A stretch of 64,000 nt of DNA from Eubacteriales bacterium (GCA_045597145.1 JAZODU010000069.1:8599-72598); one strand, 5' to 3'; positions 33,036 to 43,724 are shown, counted from the stretch's first letter. Program-made: numbers and translations. The notes: a model not told the origin generated them from the sequence alone.

Positions 33036-34862
33036 TCAGTGGCGAGCCCTTCTTCTGACCAAAACGAAGATGCCGGCACCCGCCATGATCACTGCGGGAA
33101 GAACTGCCAGCACGACCGTGGTGGTAATAATGGTGGGCTTGACCACCGTGGCACCGGTCTGCGCATCCGACGTCTGGAAATACTCCGATCCGATCGCCGC
33201 ATCGTAGAGATAAATGAAGCTGATACCAACGGGGTTGACCTCCTTACCGATGTAGCGCAGCGTAGCCAGAAGCACGTCGGTGTTGCCGTAGGTCGTACCG
33301 TATCCGGAGGAGCCGAGTGCCTGATCCGACACGAACGAGGTCGAGCCGATCGCGCAGACGTAAGCGTTCTGCGTGACCGCCGTAAAGCCCTGACCCTCCT
33401 CAACCGTGCGCGGCTCGCGCGAAACGGTCATTACGCGGAACACGTCGCTTCCGACGAGCTCCTCGCCGTTCGTCTTGGTCAGCACCTCGCCGTTTGCCAC
33501 GACCTTGTAATTCGCCATTGCCGAGGAGGTTCCCGCGTGGAACATATCAAAGATCGAACGCGTCGTGCGGTTACCCTCGCGGTAACCGAAGCTAAATCCC
33601 TCGGTTCCCGCGGTTGCGTTTGCCTGAACGTAGGTCAGCTCAAAGCTTTCGGCGTATTCGATTCCGACCGCGTTATCAAAAAAGATCTTGGGGGACGCAG
33701 CCGAGGAGATCACGTCATACAGGATCGCATTGCCAAGTCCGTTTCCGGGCACGTACTGTCCCCAGAAGCGCTCGCCGCTCCCTGCAAGGCTTGCGTTGGG
33801 ATCGCTGATGAGGTAGTTGCCCAAAACGGTATTTCCTTCGGAATCAACGCCCTCTGCCGTTTTGTATTGAATCCCCCACTCTTCAAGAAACTCCACCATG
33901 TTGACAAGCTTACCGAAGGGGGTGTCTGCATCGGCAAAGAACATATACGAGTAGGATTGGTTGAGGTATTCACGCAGCTTTTTACTTTCCGAAAGCTCCA
34001 CGTCCTCGTCGAGGTCAGACACAAAGTCCGTCTGCGGATCAAAGGTGATGATCAGTCTGCAATTTTCGGGAATCTCGTCATTTTCCAGATCCAGATAGCG
34101 AATCTCGTAGCCCGCGCCCTCGATCACGTTCATAAATTCCTTGTAATCGTACCAATTTGCGCGGTCGTCCAGATCAAGCTCCGCAAAGGGCTCGCCGTGG
34201 TTGGTCGTCAGACAGCAGATCGGACGCTCCGCGCCCGTTACGTCAAGGATCTGCTTGACGAACTGCTTCTGTCCGTTGTAAGCCACGGGAATGCTGGTAG
34301 CGGCATCGCTGTCATAGGCGTAATAGGAGCGGACCGTATTCACGCGGAACTCCGAGCCGCTGGCAACGATGACGTCGGTCTGGAAGATGTTGGAGTACTT
34401 CGTGCTGCGATATTCGTCCACGGAGGACGGATTGTCCCAGACATCTCTGTAAGACACGTGAATGATATCGGGGTATTTCTTCTGCAAGGAGAGTGCCGTG
34501 TAATACACGTATCTCGTCTGCTCGTTTCGCATCAGGAGGTCCGGCTCGGCGCAGAAGATGATGTCGACCTGCACCGGATCGTCCTTATCGCGGTTGGAAT
34601 TTGCATTTTCAAAGATATAATCAAGGGAGCTGACCGTTTCGTCCATCAAGGTATACAGCGTTGCGTATTTTCGCGTCGTATCGCCGACGTAGACGTTATA
34701 CGGTGAATCGGGTGTCAGGTCAATATACCACAGTCTCCCCGAGCAAAGAGCGGTCATGCCGATATTCAAAAGCAGTACCGCGACCAGCACCGCTACGGTG
34801 ATACCGAGCGACACCGAACCGTGGCGAAGCTTCTTTCGCCATCCGTTTTCATGATGATTCAT
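33036..34862 (-). CDS. GldG-like ABC-transport accessory protein (copy 2)
   Basis: N- and C-terminal TM anchors. NHGEPF and EIPENCRLII blocks parallel the upstream paralog. The track ORF extends to GTG 34898. Confidence 0.6.
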   Translation of the reverse strand: MNHHENGWRKKLRHGSVSLGITVAVLVAVLLLNIGMTALCSGRLWYIDLTPDSPYNVYVGDTTRKYATLYTLMDETVSSLDYIFENANSNRDKDDPVQVDIIFCAEPDLLMRNEQTRYVYYTALSLQKKYPDIIHVSYRDVWDNPSSVDEYRSTKYSNIFQTDVIVASGSEFRVNTVRSYYAYDSDAATSIPVAYNGQKQFVKQILDVTGAERPICCLTTNHGEPFAELDLDDRANWYDYKEFMNVIEGAGYEIRYLDLENDEIPENCRLIITFDPQTDFVSDLDEDVELSESKKLREYLNQSYSYMFFADADTPFGKLVNMVEFLEEWGIQYKTAEGVDSEGNTVLGNYLISDPNASLAGSGERFWGQYVPGNGLGNAILYDVISSAASPKIFFDNAVGIEYAESFELTYVQANATAGTEGFSFGYREGNRTTRSIFDMFHAGTSSAMANYKVVANGEVLTKTNGEELVGSDVFRVMTVSREPRTVEEGQGFTAVTQNAYVCAIGSTSFVSDQALGSSGYGTTYGNTDVLLATLRYIGKEVNPVGISFIYLYDAAIGSEYFQTSDAQTGATVVKPTIITTTVVLAVLPAVIMAGAGIFVLVRRRARH

Positions 34863-34890
34863 GTTCCGTTCGTTCCTTTCTTGGGGATTT

Positions 34891-36492
34891 TTACGCACGG
34901 CGGCGTCTGACGAGGATCACCACGCCTGCCGCACTGAAGGCGACTGCGGGCACCAATGCCAGCACCAGCGTCCACGTAAGGATCTGTGCAGTCGTGACCG
35001 TGCTGATATCCTGCACAAGGAAGGGCTTGACTGCAATTCCCTCCGTTGTCAGATAGGGTACGCGCTCACCGTTCTCCTCGGTTGCGGCAAAGTTGCCGAT
35101 CAGTCGAAGCAGAACGTCCGTGTTGTGATAGACTGCTGAGCGCAAATATTGCGTGGTTGCAAACTGAACGGAGGAAAACGCGCCCACGTAGGAGCTGCCG
35201 CCCGTTTCATTGGTCTGCTCGGTCACGCTTGCCAGAATCGCGCCGCCGCCCGCGACTCGTCTGCCGCCGACCCACGCCTCGGCACCCTCGCTCGTGCGAT
35301 ACAGAGGATACATCACGCGCGTGCCGCTCTGGTTGCGGTAGGTACCGTCCTTGTTATCAAGATAGCCCTCGTTTGAAACGCTGAAGGAGGTTGCGCCGCG
35401 GAAGATGACGAACTCATGATCCGCGCCGATCAGGTTGCCGTAGCGCGCGGCAACGCGCTCGTCCGCCACACCGTAAACGGTGGTGTTGTCCGAGGTCAGA
35501 GAATTTCCGGGATCCTGAACCGTGTAGCGGTAGGACACGCCGTTGGAATTCTTTGCGTAATCACTCTTCACACCCCATTCCTTCAGATAGCGCTCAAAGT
35601 TCGGAAGTGCCGGAGTATTGTTGGCAAAGAACACCAAAAAGGCGTTGCCGTCCTCGGAAAGGAAGTCCTCCAGAATATCCACCTCGGATTTCTCGGACAT
35701 TTCCGCCGTGGTCACAAGGTCGGTGCTGGGGTTGAAGCTGATCAGCAGCTCGCAGTTTTCGGGGATCTCGTCCTTATACAGATCGATATATCCCACGCTG
35801 TATCCCGCTTCATCAAGAAGCGTGACGAGATCGTAATCGTAAAATACCTCGCCGTGATTGTTGAGCAAGCAGGCGATGCGCTCCTTTTGTGAGAGTGCCG
35901 ACATGATGGCAGAGGCAAGCTTTTTCTCGCCCGCATAGCCCCACGCCTGCGTCAGCGTTCGGTCGTACACGAAGAAATCGGTCGCGCCGTACACGCGGTG
36001 GTAATCCTCGCTGATCACGATCACGCTGTCGGCGTAGATCGTGACGTCGATCGCCTCACCCGTAAGCGGATTGGTCGTGGTCATATAGTTCTCGATCGGC
36101 TTCGGGTTTGCAAATACGTCGATAAATTCGACCTCCAGAGCATCAAAGCGCGCTTCCAACTGCTTGGCGGTTCGGTAAAGGTAGAAATTGGTGGAGTCGT
36201 TCGCCTTGACGTTCTCCTCCGTGTCACAGAACAGGATCGTTACCTTGGGGGTCTTTCCCGTTTCTTTTTTTGCATTTTCAAATGCGGTATCCAGGAGATC
36301 GTAGCAATTCTCGGTCACGTCAAAGGCGGTTTTGCCCACCATGGACGTATACAGAGAGTACCGCTGCGTCACCGAGGTCGCAAGCACGTTGAGCAGCACC
36401 GCCACCACCACGACGAGCACGGTCAGAGCCACCGACACACCGGCGTATCGCATTTTTTTATTTCGGACAAGCTTTCTCTTCATACGAATCAA
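34891..36492 (-). CDS. GldG-like ABC-transport accessory protein (copy 1)
   Basis: N- and C-terminal TM anchors. NNHGEVF and EIPENCELLI blocks. Confidence 0.6.
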   Translation of the reverse strand: MIRMKRKLVRNKKMRYAGVSVALTVLVVVVAVLLNVLATSVTQRYSLYTSMVGKTAFDVTENCYDLLDTAFENAKKETGKTPKVTILFCDTEENVKANDSTNFYLYRTAKQLEARFDALEVEFIDVFANPKPIENYMTTTNPLTGEAIDVTIYADSVIVISEDYHRVYGATDFFVYDRTLTQAWGYAGEKKLASAIMSALSQKERIACLLNNHGEVFYDYDLVTLLDEAGYSVGYIDLYKDEIPENCELLISFNPSTDLVTTAEMSEKSEVDILEDFLSEDGNAFLVFFANNTPALPNFERYLKEWGVKSDYAKNSNGVSYRYTVQDPGNSLTSDNTTVYGVADERVAARYGNLIGADHEFVIFRGATSFSVSNEGYLDNKDGTYRNQSGTRVMYPLYRTSEGAEAWVGGRRVAGGGAILASVTEQTNETGGSSYVGAFSSVQFATTQYLRSAVYHNTDVLLRLIGNFAATEENGERVPYLTTEGIAVKPFLVQDISTVTTAQILTWTLVLALVPAVAFSAAGVVILVRRRRA

Positions 36493-36507
36493 TCCTCCGC
36501 GAGCCTA

Positions 36508-37278
36508 TCAGCCCCAACGACGCTTTTCATATACGCGGATCGTCAGGAAGATAAACACGAACGCCAGGGACACGTAATACAAAAGTGCGGCATAATCAAA
36601 CAGCCCTTGCGCGAAATTCATGTAGCGGCTGAGCACCGACACCCAACCGATCACAAAACGGATCGCATACGCGTCGATCAGAGGCTGACCGTTCTTGTCC
36701 TGAAGCAGGTTGAGGTAGTTAAGCAGGATCATTGCCGCGATCACGCCGATGGTGATGACCGCCGCAGAGAGCTGGTTCTCGGTCAAGGCGGAGATCAGCG
36801 TGCCGATCGCGATCATTGCCGCGCCCATGAGGATCACGGCGATCAGGCATCCGACGATCTGTCCCGTCACGGGTCCGATGTGGTTGGCTTCAAAGGTCTG
36901 CCCTGCGCGCTCCTTCGACGCGATGACGTAGAGCGGAATAAAGTTGATGCAGGAGAGCAGAATGCCGCCCAGAAACATGGTCAGCGCGGCAAAATATTTG
37001 CCCAGCACCATACCCGTGATACTGATCGGGGCTGTCATCAGCATTTGCTCCGTGCGCATCTTGCGTTCCTCTGCAAACAGGCGCATGGTCAGGAGCGGAA
37101 TGAAAATGATAAAGGAGATGATAAGCAGAATGAAATACTGCGTGGTGCTGTACGTGCCCGCCACGATCGTGGTGTAGCAGCAGATCAGTGCGGAGAAGAC
37201 CAGAAAAACGCCCAGATAGATGTATCCGATCGGATTGATAAAGTAAGAGGTCATCTCTTTGCGATAGATAGCTAACAT
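36508..37278 (-). CDS. ABC-2 type transporter permease (GldF-like)
   Basis: 256-aa six-TM protein directly downstream of the ABC ATPase. Confidence 0.7.
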   Translation of the reverse strand: MLAIYRKEMTSYFINPIGYIYLGVFLVFSALICCYTTIVAGTYSTTQYFILLIISFIIFIPLLTMRLFAEERKMRTEQMLMTAPISITGMVLGKYFAALTMFLGGILLSCINFIPLYVIASKERAGQTFEANHIGPVTGQIVGCLIAVILMGAAMIAIGTLISALTENQLSAAVITIGVIAAMILLNYLNLLQDKNGQPLIDAYAIRFVIGWVSVLSRYMNFAQGLFDYAALLYYVSLAFVFIFLTIRVYEKRRWG

Positions 37279-37309
37279 AAAAATCCGTTTCCTTTCTTGT
37301 TATCGACGA

Positions 37310-38401
37310 TCAGTCGTCATCCTCGTCGGAGATGTTTTTCGCCGCTTCGCTTCTTTGGCGCTGTGCGTCCTCAAACAGCACAGCTCCGATCTCCTGCTCC
37401 GCAACGGCGCCGCGCGCTCTCTTGCGTGCGCTTCTGTCCTTCGAAGGCGCGCGCAGGATCTTCTTCTCTTCGGACTTGTCCACGACCGAGATGAAGATGT
37501 CCTCAAGGCTCATGCCAAGGGCTTCCATGCCGACCAGCGGCCAGTGACGCTCCGCCAGCTGATAGAACAGCTTTTTGCGGATATCCACACCCGCATCGCT
37601 TTCGATCATGTAGGAATACGAGTCACCGTCACGGTCTGCCAAGGGCTCGGCATAGCTGATGCCCGAGGTTGCGCGCAGCATGGAAAGAACGTCCTTCTGC
37701 GGTCCTGCCACCTTGATGTTGAAGCGACGGTTCGCCGTCATGATACGGGAGATATTTTCGGTCTTTTCGTTTGCAACGATCTTACCCTTGTTGATAATCA
37801 CGATACGGTCGCAAACCGCTTGCACCTCCTGCAGAATGTGCGTGGAAAGAATGACCGTGTGACGCTTGCCGAGGCTGCGGATCAGGTTGCGGATCTCGAT
37901 GATCTGCTTGGGGTCAAGACCGACGGTCGGCTCGTCAAAGACGATGACCTTGGGGTTGCCCACCAGCGCCTGCGCGATGCCGACTCTCTGACGGAAGCCC
38001 TTGGAGAGCGTGCGAATCACCTTGTGGTACATTTCCTTGATCTTGACGGTCTCGCAGATCGAGAGCAGGTGCTCCTTTTTGTTCAGCTTGCAGCCCTTGA
38101 GATCATACGCAAAGCCAAGATACTCCTCCACCGTCATATCCAGATACAGAGGGGGCTGCTCGGGCAGATATCCGATCAGCTTTTTCGCGCCGATGGGATC
38201 CTTGAGAATATCAATGCCGTCGATGCAAGCCTTGCCCGAGGTCGAGGACAGGTATCCCGTGAGGATATTCATCGTGGTACTCTTACCCGCGCCGTTGGGG
38301 CCGAGGAAGCCGACGATCTCGCCCTCTTCCACCTCAAAGCTGATGTCGTCTACCGCACAGTTGGTGCCGTAGTTTTTTACAAGATGCTCGATTTTGATCA
38401 T
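37310..38401 (-). CDS. ABC transporter ATP-binding protein (GldA-like) with a charged C-terminal tail
   Basis: Walker A GPNGAGKST, signature LSKGFRQR, Walker B VIVFDEP. Confidence 0.9.
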   Translation of the reverse strand: MIKIEHLVKNYGTNCAVDDISFEVEEGEIVGFLGPNGAGKSTTMNILTGYLSSTSGKACIDGIDILKDPIGAKKLIGYLPEQPPLYLDMTVEEYLGFAYDLKGCKLNKKEHLLSICETVKIKEMYHKVIRTLSKGFRQRVGIAQALVGNPKVIVFDEPTVGLDPKQIIEIRNLIRSLGKRHTVILSTHILQEVQAVCDRIVIINKGKIVANEKTENISRIMTANRRFNIKVAGPQKDVLSMLRATSGISYAEPLADRDGDSYSYMIESDAGVDIRKKLFYQLAERHWPLVGMEALGMSLEDIFISVVDKSEEKKILRAPSKDRSARKRARGAVAEQEIGAVLFEDAQRQRSEAAKNISDEDDD

Positions 38402-38702
38402 AGAAAGTCGTATCCTTTCTGATATTTTTCCTTTTGAGGCGTACGGGAGGGAGATCCCTCGGGCGTTCGCCTCTTATTATATTTATAATCAGACTAAAGT
38501 TTATCATAAAAATATGAACGGGTAATGAATAGGAGTGAAAATATTAGGCTTGCATTTGATACGTGCGTGAAGAATTCGTGTATTTTATCAAAAAAAATGG
38601 TTTTGCTGTATAAAGCGTGTAAAGGAGGCAAAAATAAAAGCAGAAACGGCGGTATTCACAGATCCCCGTCGTGCCAATTTCACAAATCAAAGGAGCAAAA
38701 TC

Positions 38703-39422
38703 ATGTGGAAAAAATGGAAAGAATCTGATTTCGTCAAAAAAATGAAGCAGGTGCGCGTCAACCGTGCGGTGTATATCTCCGCCGTCGTGATCCTGCTGGC
38801 ACTCTCGGTCGTTTTAGCGGTGACGGTTGCCACCAACCGCGCCAAAAAAAACGCTGCTGATCTTTTGACCAAGCCCCCCGTGAGCGACCAGACGCCCACC
38901 CCCGAGCAGCCGACGCCCGAAAACCCCGACAGCGAGCCGACGGTCGGCAAGGTGCCCGAGCTGGCAGCCCCCGTATCCGGGACGCTCTCCCGGAAGCACG
39001 TCACCGAAACGCAGGTCTTTTCCCCGACGCTGGGCGAATACCGCGTGCATCTCGGCATCGACATTGAAACCGAGGCAAACGCACCCGTTTGCGCCGTTGC
39101 CGAGGGCAAGGTATCCCAGATCTGGGAGGACCCTCTGATGGGCTGGTGCGTTGCCGTGTCGCACAGCGGAGAATGCGTAACGGTGTATAAAAACCTTGCC
39201 AAGGACATGGCAGAGGGCATCACCGTCGGCGCGTCCGTCGAGGAGGGTCAGCTTTTGGGCTGCGTTGGCGAGAGCGCGATGATCGAGATCGCAGAGGAGC
39301 CGCATCTGCACATGGAAATGACGGTCAAGGGCTTGCAGGTCGATCCCTTGGATTATTTCAGCACGGCGGTTCTTGAGACCCTGACCGAAAACAGCATTTA
39401 CGAGAACGAAGCTGCAAAATAA
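38703..39422 (+). CDS. M23 family metallopeptidase, membrane anchored (SpoIIQ-like possibility)
   Basis: N-terminal TM. HLGIDI and HLHMEM metal-binding motifs. Confidence 0.75.
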   Translation: MWKKWKESDFVKKMKQVRVNRAVYISAVVILLALSVVLAVTVATNRAKKNAADLLTKPPVSDQTPTPEQPTPENPDSEPTVGKVPELAAPVSGTLSRKHVTETQVFSPTLGEYRVHLGIDIETEANAPVCAVAEGKVSQIWEDPLMGWCVAVSHSGECVTVYKNLAKDMAEGITVGASVEEGQLLGCVGESAMIEIAEEPHLHMEMTVKGLQVDPLDYFSTAVLETLTENSIYENEAAK

Positions 39423-39456
39423 AGGAACGGGCGTTGCGATCGCAACGCCCGTAGTT

Positions 39457-40005
39457 TTATTCAATCTTCATGCGATCCTCTTGCGCAAGATAGTAGCGCA
39501 TTTTTGAGAACCTTACCAGCAGGATCGCGTCGATCAGCGCCAGCACACCCCACAAAAGAGCCACCGGATCAAAGCGCAGCGCCACCGTATTGTTGGAAAT
39601 CTGCTCCCGCGTCTCACCGCACACCGCTGTGACCGAAAGCACGCGATCGTACGCGACCGTGTCCTCCCACTCGTAGCCGTATGCCTGCAGGTCATACGCC
39701 ACGCGCGGCTCCAAGGTGATATTGCGCAGAACGATCTGCTTTTCCTCCTTGCCGTTCCCAACCACAAGCTCAAGCCGATCGATCTTCACCCGTGCGTCCG
39801 TTTTGTTGATGAGCACGCCGCGCAGCTGCGAGCGGTAGCCCTTGGAATCCCCGTCAAGCGAGGAGGACACGCGAATCGTTTCCTTGACCTCCACACCGCT
39901 CGCCGAGCGCGACGGAACCAACGCCACCACCGTCAGGGTAACGAACAGCAACGCAAGAACCGCGCAGATAATGATCGCCACGTTATATCGGAGATGTTGT
40001 TTCAT
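39457..40005 (-). CDS. hypothetical membrane protein
   Basis: 182 aa with N- and C-terminal TM segments flanking a beta-rich region. I recognise no motif. Confidence 0.5.
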   Translation of the reverse strand: MKQHLRYNVAIIICAVLALLFVTLTVVALVPSRSASGVEVKETIRVSSSLDGDSKGYRSQLRGVLINKTDARVKIDRLELVVGNGKEEKQIVLRNITLEPRVAYDLQAYGYEWEDTVAYDRVLSVTAVCGETREQISNNTVALRFDPVALLWGVLALIDAILLVRFSKMRYYLAQEDRMKIE

Positions 40006-40014
40006 AACCCCTCC

Positions 40015-41136
40015 TTATGCCAATTCTCTGCCGTGTGCCATAACGCGGCAGATCTCGTTTTCAGCATTTACAAAGAGCAGATCCGCGCGCTTTCCCGCCG
40101 CGATACTGCCCACCGTGCCGTCGATCCCGACCATACGTGCGGGATTGAGCGTTGCGCAAGTCACCGCATCGGCAAGCCCGATGCCCGCAAAGCGCATCAG
40201 ATTTTTTACACCGTCCCACAGGTTCAGCGTGCTCCCCGCGATCGCACCCTCCGTCGTCAGCGCACGACCGTCCTTGACCACCACGGGCATACCCGCGATC
40301 GAATAGTTCCCGTCTGTGCAACCCGTGCCCGCCATGGAATCGGTGATCAGCACGGTCTTATCCGCCCCGAGGCAGCGGTACGCAAGGCGCACCATATCGG
40401 GGCAAATATGCACACCGTCTGCAATGATCTCGCCGTGTCCGCCGCCGTTCAGGGCGACCGAAACCGCTCCGCCCTCGCGGTGGTGAAGCGGCGGCATCGC
40501 GTTGAACAGATGCGTAAAGGAGGTCGCGCCGCGCGCGATCGCCGCGCGTGCCTCATCTGCCGTGGCACAGGTGTGTCCCAGCCCCAGCGTTGCGCCGTGC
40601 TCCAGCACCTTAGCGGAAAAAGAACCGTCCGTGTCCAGCTCCAATGCGGCGCTGACGTGGCACGGAATATGCACGTGCTTCAAAAAAGACGCCAATTCGT
40701 TCGCGTCAAGTCTCCCTAAGAGAGCGGCGGCGTGCGCACCTCTTTTGGCAGGATTGAGATAGCGCCCCTCAAAATGAATCCCGTCGTAGCCGCACGCCTC
40801 GATCGCTTCAATGGAGCAAAGCCATTCCTCGCGCGTGCCCGATGCCAGCGTTGCCATCACGCTCGTCACACCGTGACGCGCATAATCCTCCTTCATCAGG
40901 CGCATCTGCGCCTCGGTCGCACCGCAAAAATCAAAGCCGATCCGCCCGTGCGTGTGCACGTCTACAAGTCCCGGCAAAACGGTATATCCCGCAGCGTCCA
41001 GCACCGTGTCCGCCTCATGCGCGCGACACCCGTCCCCCACGGCAAGGATTCGGTCATCCTGCAATAGGATCGGACATTCGTTCATAAAAGCGCGATCCGC
41101 GCCCAGAACGCGTCCGCCCGTAATCAGAGTTTTCAT
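40015..41136 (-). CDS. nagA: N-acetylglucosamine-6-phosphate deacetylase
   Basis: MKTLITGGRVLG N-terminus, LPGLVDVHTHG, and the amidohydrolase pattern. GGAG RBS before ATG 41136. Confidence 0.85.
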   Translation of the reverse strand: MKTLITGGRVLGADRAFMNECPILLQDDRILAVGDGCRAHEADTVLDAAGYTVLPGLVDVHTHGRIGFDFCGATEAQMRLMKEDYARHGVTSVMATLASGTREEWLCSIEAIEACGYDGIHFEGRYLNPAKRGAHAAALLGRLDANELASFLKHVHIPCHVSAALELDTDGSFSAKVLEHGATLGLGHTCATADEARAAIARGATSFTHLFNAMPPLHHREGGAVSVALNGGGHGEIIADGVHICPDMVRLAYRCLGADKTVLITDSMAGTGCTDGNYSIAGMPVVVKDGRALTTEGAIAGSTLNLWDGVKNLMRFAGIGLADAVTCATLNPARMVGIDGTVGSIAAGKRADLLFVNAENEICRVMAHGRELA

Positions 41137-41297
41137 AGTATCTCCTCTCTCGCACAAGGCGATCGTCGTATTGTTTTTTCTATTGTATCATATTTTCCCT
41201 GATTGTGCAAGAGTGTGCAAAAAAGTTTTTTAAACATATTGCAAAACGGCGCGCTTTGTGTTATACTTTTTTCAAACAAACTATCCGGAGGCACGCC

Positions 41298-42038
41298 ATG
41301 TTGACCGTATCCCATCTGACCAAAAAATACAGCAAAACACTCGCCTGCGACGACGTAAGCTTTGCCCTTGACCCCGGCAGCATCACGGTTCTGCTCGGAC
41401 CCAACGGTGCCGGAAAAAGCACCCTGATGAAGGCGGCGATCGGCTTTTTGCGCTACGACGGCGAGATCAAGGTTGCCAATATCCCCAACAAAACGACCGA
41501 TGCGAGAAGGCTCCTCGGCTATATCCCCGAGCTCCCCTCTCTTTACGCCAATCTGACCGTTTCCGAGCATCTGGAATTTGTGGCACGCGCTTATCGCCTC
41601 ACCGATTACAAGGCGTACGCCGAGGAGCTGCTGGATCGGTTTGAATTGACCGACAAAAAGAAAAAATTCGGCGACGAGCTCTCCAAGGGAATGCAGCAAA
41701 AGCTCAACCTTTGTCTGGGACTTCTGCCCCGCCCGAGAATGCTGCTCCTTGATGAGCCGATGATCGGTCTGGATCCCCACGCGATCAAGGAGCTCAAGGC
41801 AATGCTTGGCGAGATGCGCGAAGCAGGCTGCACGATGCTGGTCAGCACGCACATCATCGACAGCGTGGATATGCTTTGGGATCGCACGCTCATCATGCAA
41901 AACGGCAAGATCCGCGCAAACGTCACGAAAGGTGAATTGGAGGCGAACGGACAAACGCTTGAGGAGCTGTTCTTCGCAGTCACCGAGGGCATCTCCGACG
42001 CAGACGTGCGACACAGCGGCGAGGTAAGCGACGCATGA
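41298..42038 (+). CDS. ABC transporter ATP-binding protein
   Basis: Walker A GPNGAGKST, signature LSKGMQQK, Walker B LLLDEP. RBS GGAGG before ATG 41298. Confidence 0.9.
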   Translation: MLTVSHLTKKYSKTLACDDVSFALDPGSITVLLGPNGAGKSTLMKAAIGFLRYDGEIKVANIPNKTTDARRLLGYIPELPSLYANLTVSEHLEFVARAYRLTDYKAYAEELLDRFELTDKKKKFGDELSKGMQQKLNLCLGLLPRPRMLLLDEPMIGLDPHAIKELKAMLGEMREAGCTMLVSTHIIDSVDMLWDRTLIMQNGKIRANVTKGELEANGQTLEELFFAVTEGISDADVRHSGEVSDA

Positions 42039-43657
42039 GACTCTTTTTCTACTACGTGACCCGCTCGGTCAAAAACCAGATCCGCAAGCTCTTCAAGACC
42101 TGGGTCGCCATTCTTCTGATCGTTTGCATCGGCTTTGGTGCGCTGGTCGGCTTTGGTGCGGTCATGCTTGATGAAGCGTTCTCCGACGGCGAGAGCGAGG
42201 AGGAAACGGTCGAAGAGGAATGGACTGCCGAGGACACCGTAGCGGCGCGCGGGATCGCGGAGCTGGTGATTGGCGGCGTGATCCTCTTGGTGCTCGTGCT
42301 GAACGCTGCGGGTGCTGACAAAAACGGCTGCGCGATCTTTCAACCCGCCGATGTCAACATCCTCTTTCCCTCCCCCATGAAGCCCCAATCCGTTCTGCTC
42401 TTCCGCCTGATGACCCAGATCGGCACGTCGCTGATCGTCAGCCTCTATTTTATCTTCCAATTGCCCTCCATGGCGCAGGATATCGGGCTGTCCGTCTGGG
42501 CGGTGCTCTCCCTGCTTGCAGCATGGCTGTTACTGCTCGTCTTCGGCAGATTCCTGCAGGTGCTCCTCTACGCGCTGGCGGCAACGCATCCGCGCATCAA
42601 GGCACGCCTGCGCCCCGCATTGTTCGGCACCGTGCTTTTGGTTGCCACAGCATTCCTGCTCTACTGGAAAAGCGGCGACGCACAGCCGCTTGACGCCGCC
42701 GTTGCATTCTTCAACGCACCGCTGACACGCTACATCCCCGTTTGGGGCTGGCTCAAGGGCGCGATCATGTTCGCGCTCGAGGGCAATCTGCTCGGCTCGC
42801 TCCTCTCGCTTGGCGGCACGGTCGCGGCCACAGCACTGCTCGTTTTGGTCATTTATCGCACACGTGTTGACTTTTACGAGGACGCCATGGCGAAATCGCA
42901 GGAAACCGCAGAGCTTCAGGAGCGCGTGCAAAACGAGGGCAAGTCGCTCATCAAACGCAAAAAGGATCGCTCCGACCGCCTCAAGCGTGACGGGCTGAAC
43001 CGCGGGTCGGGCGCGAACGTGTTCTTCTTTAAGGCAATGTATAACCGCTTCCGATTTGCGCACCTGCACGTCTTTACAAAGACCGCCGAAACCTATCTGC
43101 TCATCGCCGTGGGCGGCACGCTGATCCTTCGCTTTTATATCGGAAGCCCCTCGATCGTTCCGATCACGCTGGTGCTGGCGGCAATGGCATTCTTCCGCTC
43201 GCTCGGAAATCCCATCGCGGACGACACGCAAAAGGAGCTGTTCATCATGGTGCCTGAAAACGCATGGGCAAAGATGTTCTGGTCCATGGCGGGCGGCACG
43301 GTCAATTGCCTGCTCGACCTCCTCCCCGCCCTTTTAGCGGCGACCGTGATCCTCGGTGTCAATCCGCTACTGACTATTGCATGGATGCTGTTTATCGTAT
43401 CCATGGACTTCTATTCGGCAAGCGTGGGCATGTTTATCGATCTTTCCATTCCCGTCGCAACCTCACAGCAGATCAAGTCGCTCGTGCAGATCATATTCGT
43501 TTATTTCGGTCTGCTCCCGAACGCCGTTTTGCTGATCATCGGATGGATCTTTTCGATCTTCCCGCTCATGGCGATCCTCGCCACCGTGGCAAACCTCGCC
43601 ATAGGTGCACTTTTCTTTGCAGTCTCGCCGCTCTTTTTGGAATACGGGCGAAAATAA
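42035..43657 (+). CDS. putative ABC exporter permease (multi-TM)
   Basis: 540-aa polytopic protein, translationally coupled (4-nt overlap) to the ATPase. Confidence 0.6.
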   Translation: MRLFFYYVTRSVKNQIRKLFKTWVAILLIVCIGFGALVGFGAVMLDEAFSDGESEEETVEEEWTAEDTVAARGIAELVIGGVILLVLVLNAAGADKNGCAIFQPADVNILFPSPMKPQSVLLFRLMTQIGTSLIVSLYFIFQLPSMAQDIGLSVWAVLSLLAAWLLLLVFGRFLQVLLYALAATHPRIKARLRPALFGTVLLVATAFLLYWKSGDAQPLDAAVAFFNAPLTRYIPVWGWLKGAIMFALEGNLLGSLLSLGGTVAATALLVLVIYRTRVDFYEDAMAKSQETAELQERVQNEGKSLIKRKKDRSDRLKRDGLNRGSGANVFFFKAMYNRFRFAHLHVFTKTAETYLLIAVGGTLILRFYIGSPSIVPITLVLAAMAFFRSLGNPIADDTQKELFIMVPENAWAKMFWSMAGGTVNCLLDLLPALLAATVILGVNPLLTIAWMLFIVSMDFYSASVGMFIDLSIPVATSQQIKSLVQIIFVYFGLLPNAVLLIIGWIFSIFPLMAILATVANLAIGALFFAVSPLFLEYGRK

Positions 43658-43663
43658 AATACG

Positions 43664-43693
43664 GGTCACCTCCACCGCGAGGTGACCTTTTTT
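43664..43693 (+). terminator. intrinsic terminator
   Basis: GGTCACCTC-CACCGC-GAGGTGACC followed by TTTTTT. Confidence 0.8.
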
Positions 43694-43724
43694 GGTACCC
43701 GGGAAAATATTTTTGAAAATGGGA

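Noticed and set aside
32925-38422. Three long plus-strand ORFs (32925-34706, 35998-37275, 37355-38422)
   Set aside because: All are antisense to the ABC/GldG-like operon. The ABC ATPase Walker and signature motifs are on the minus strand.
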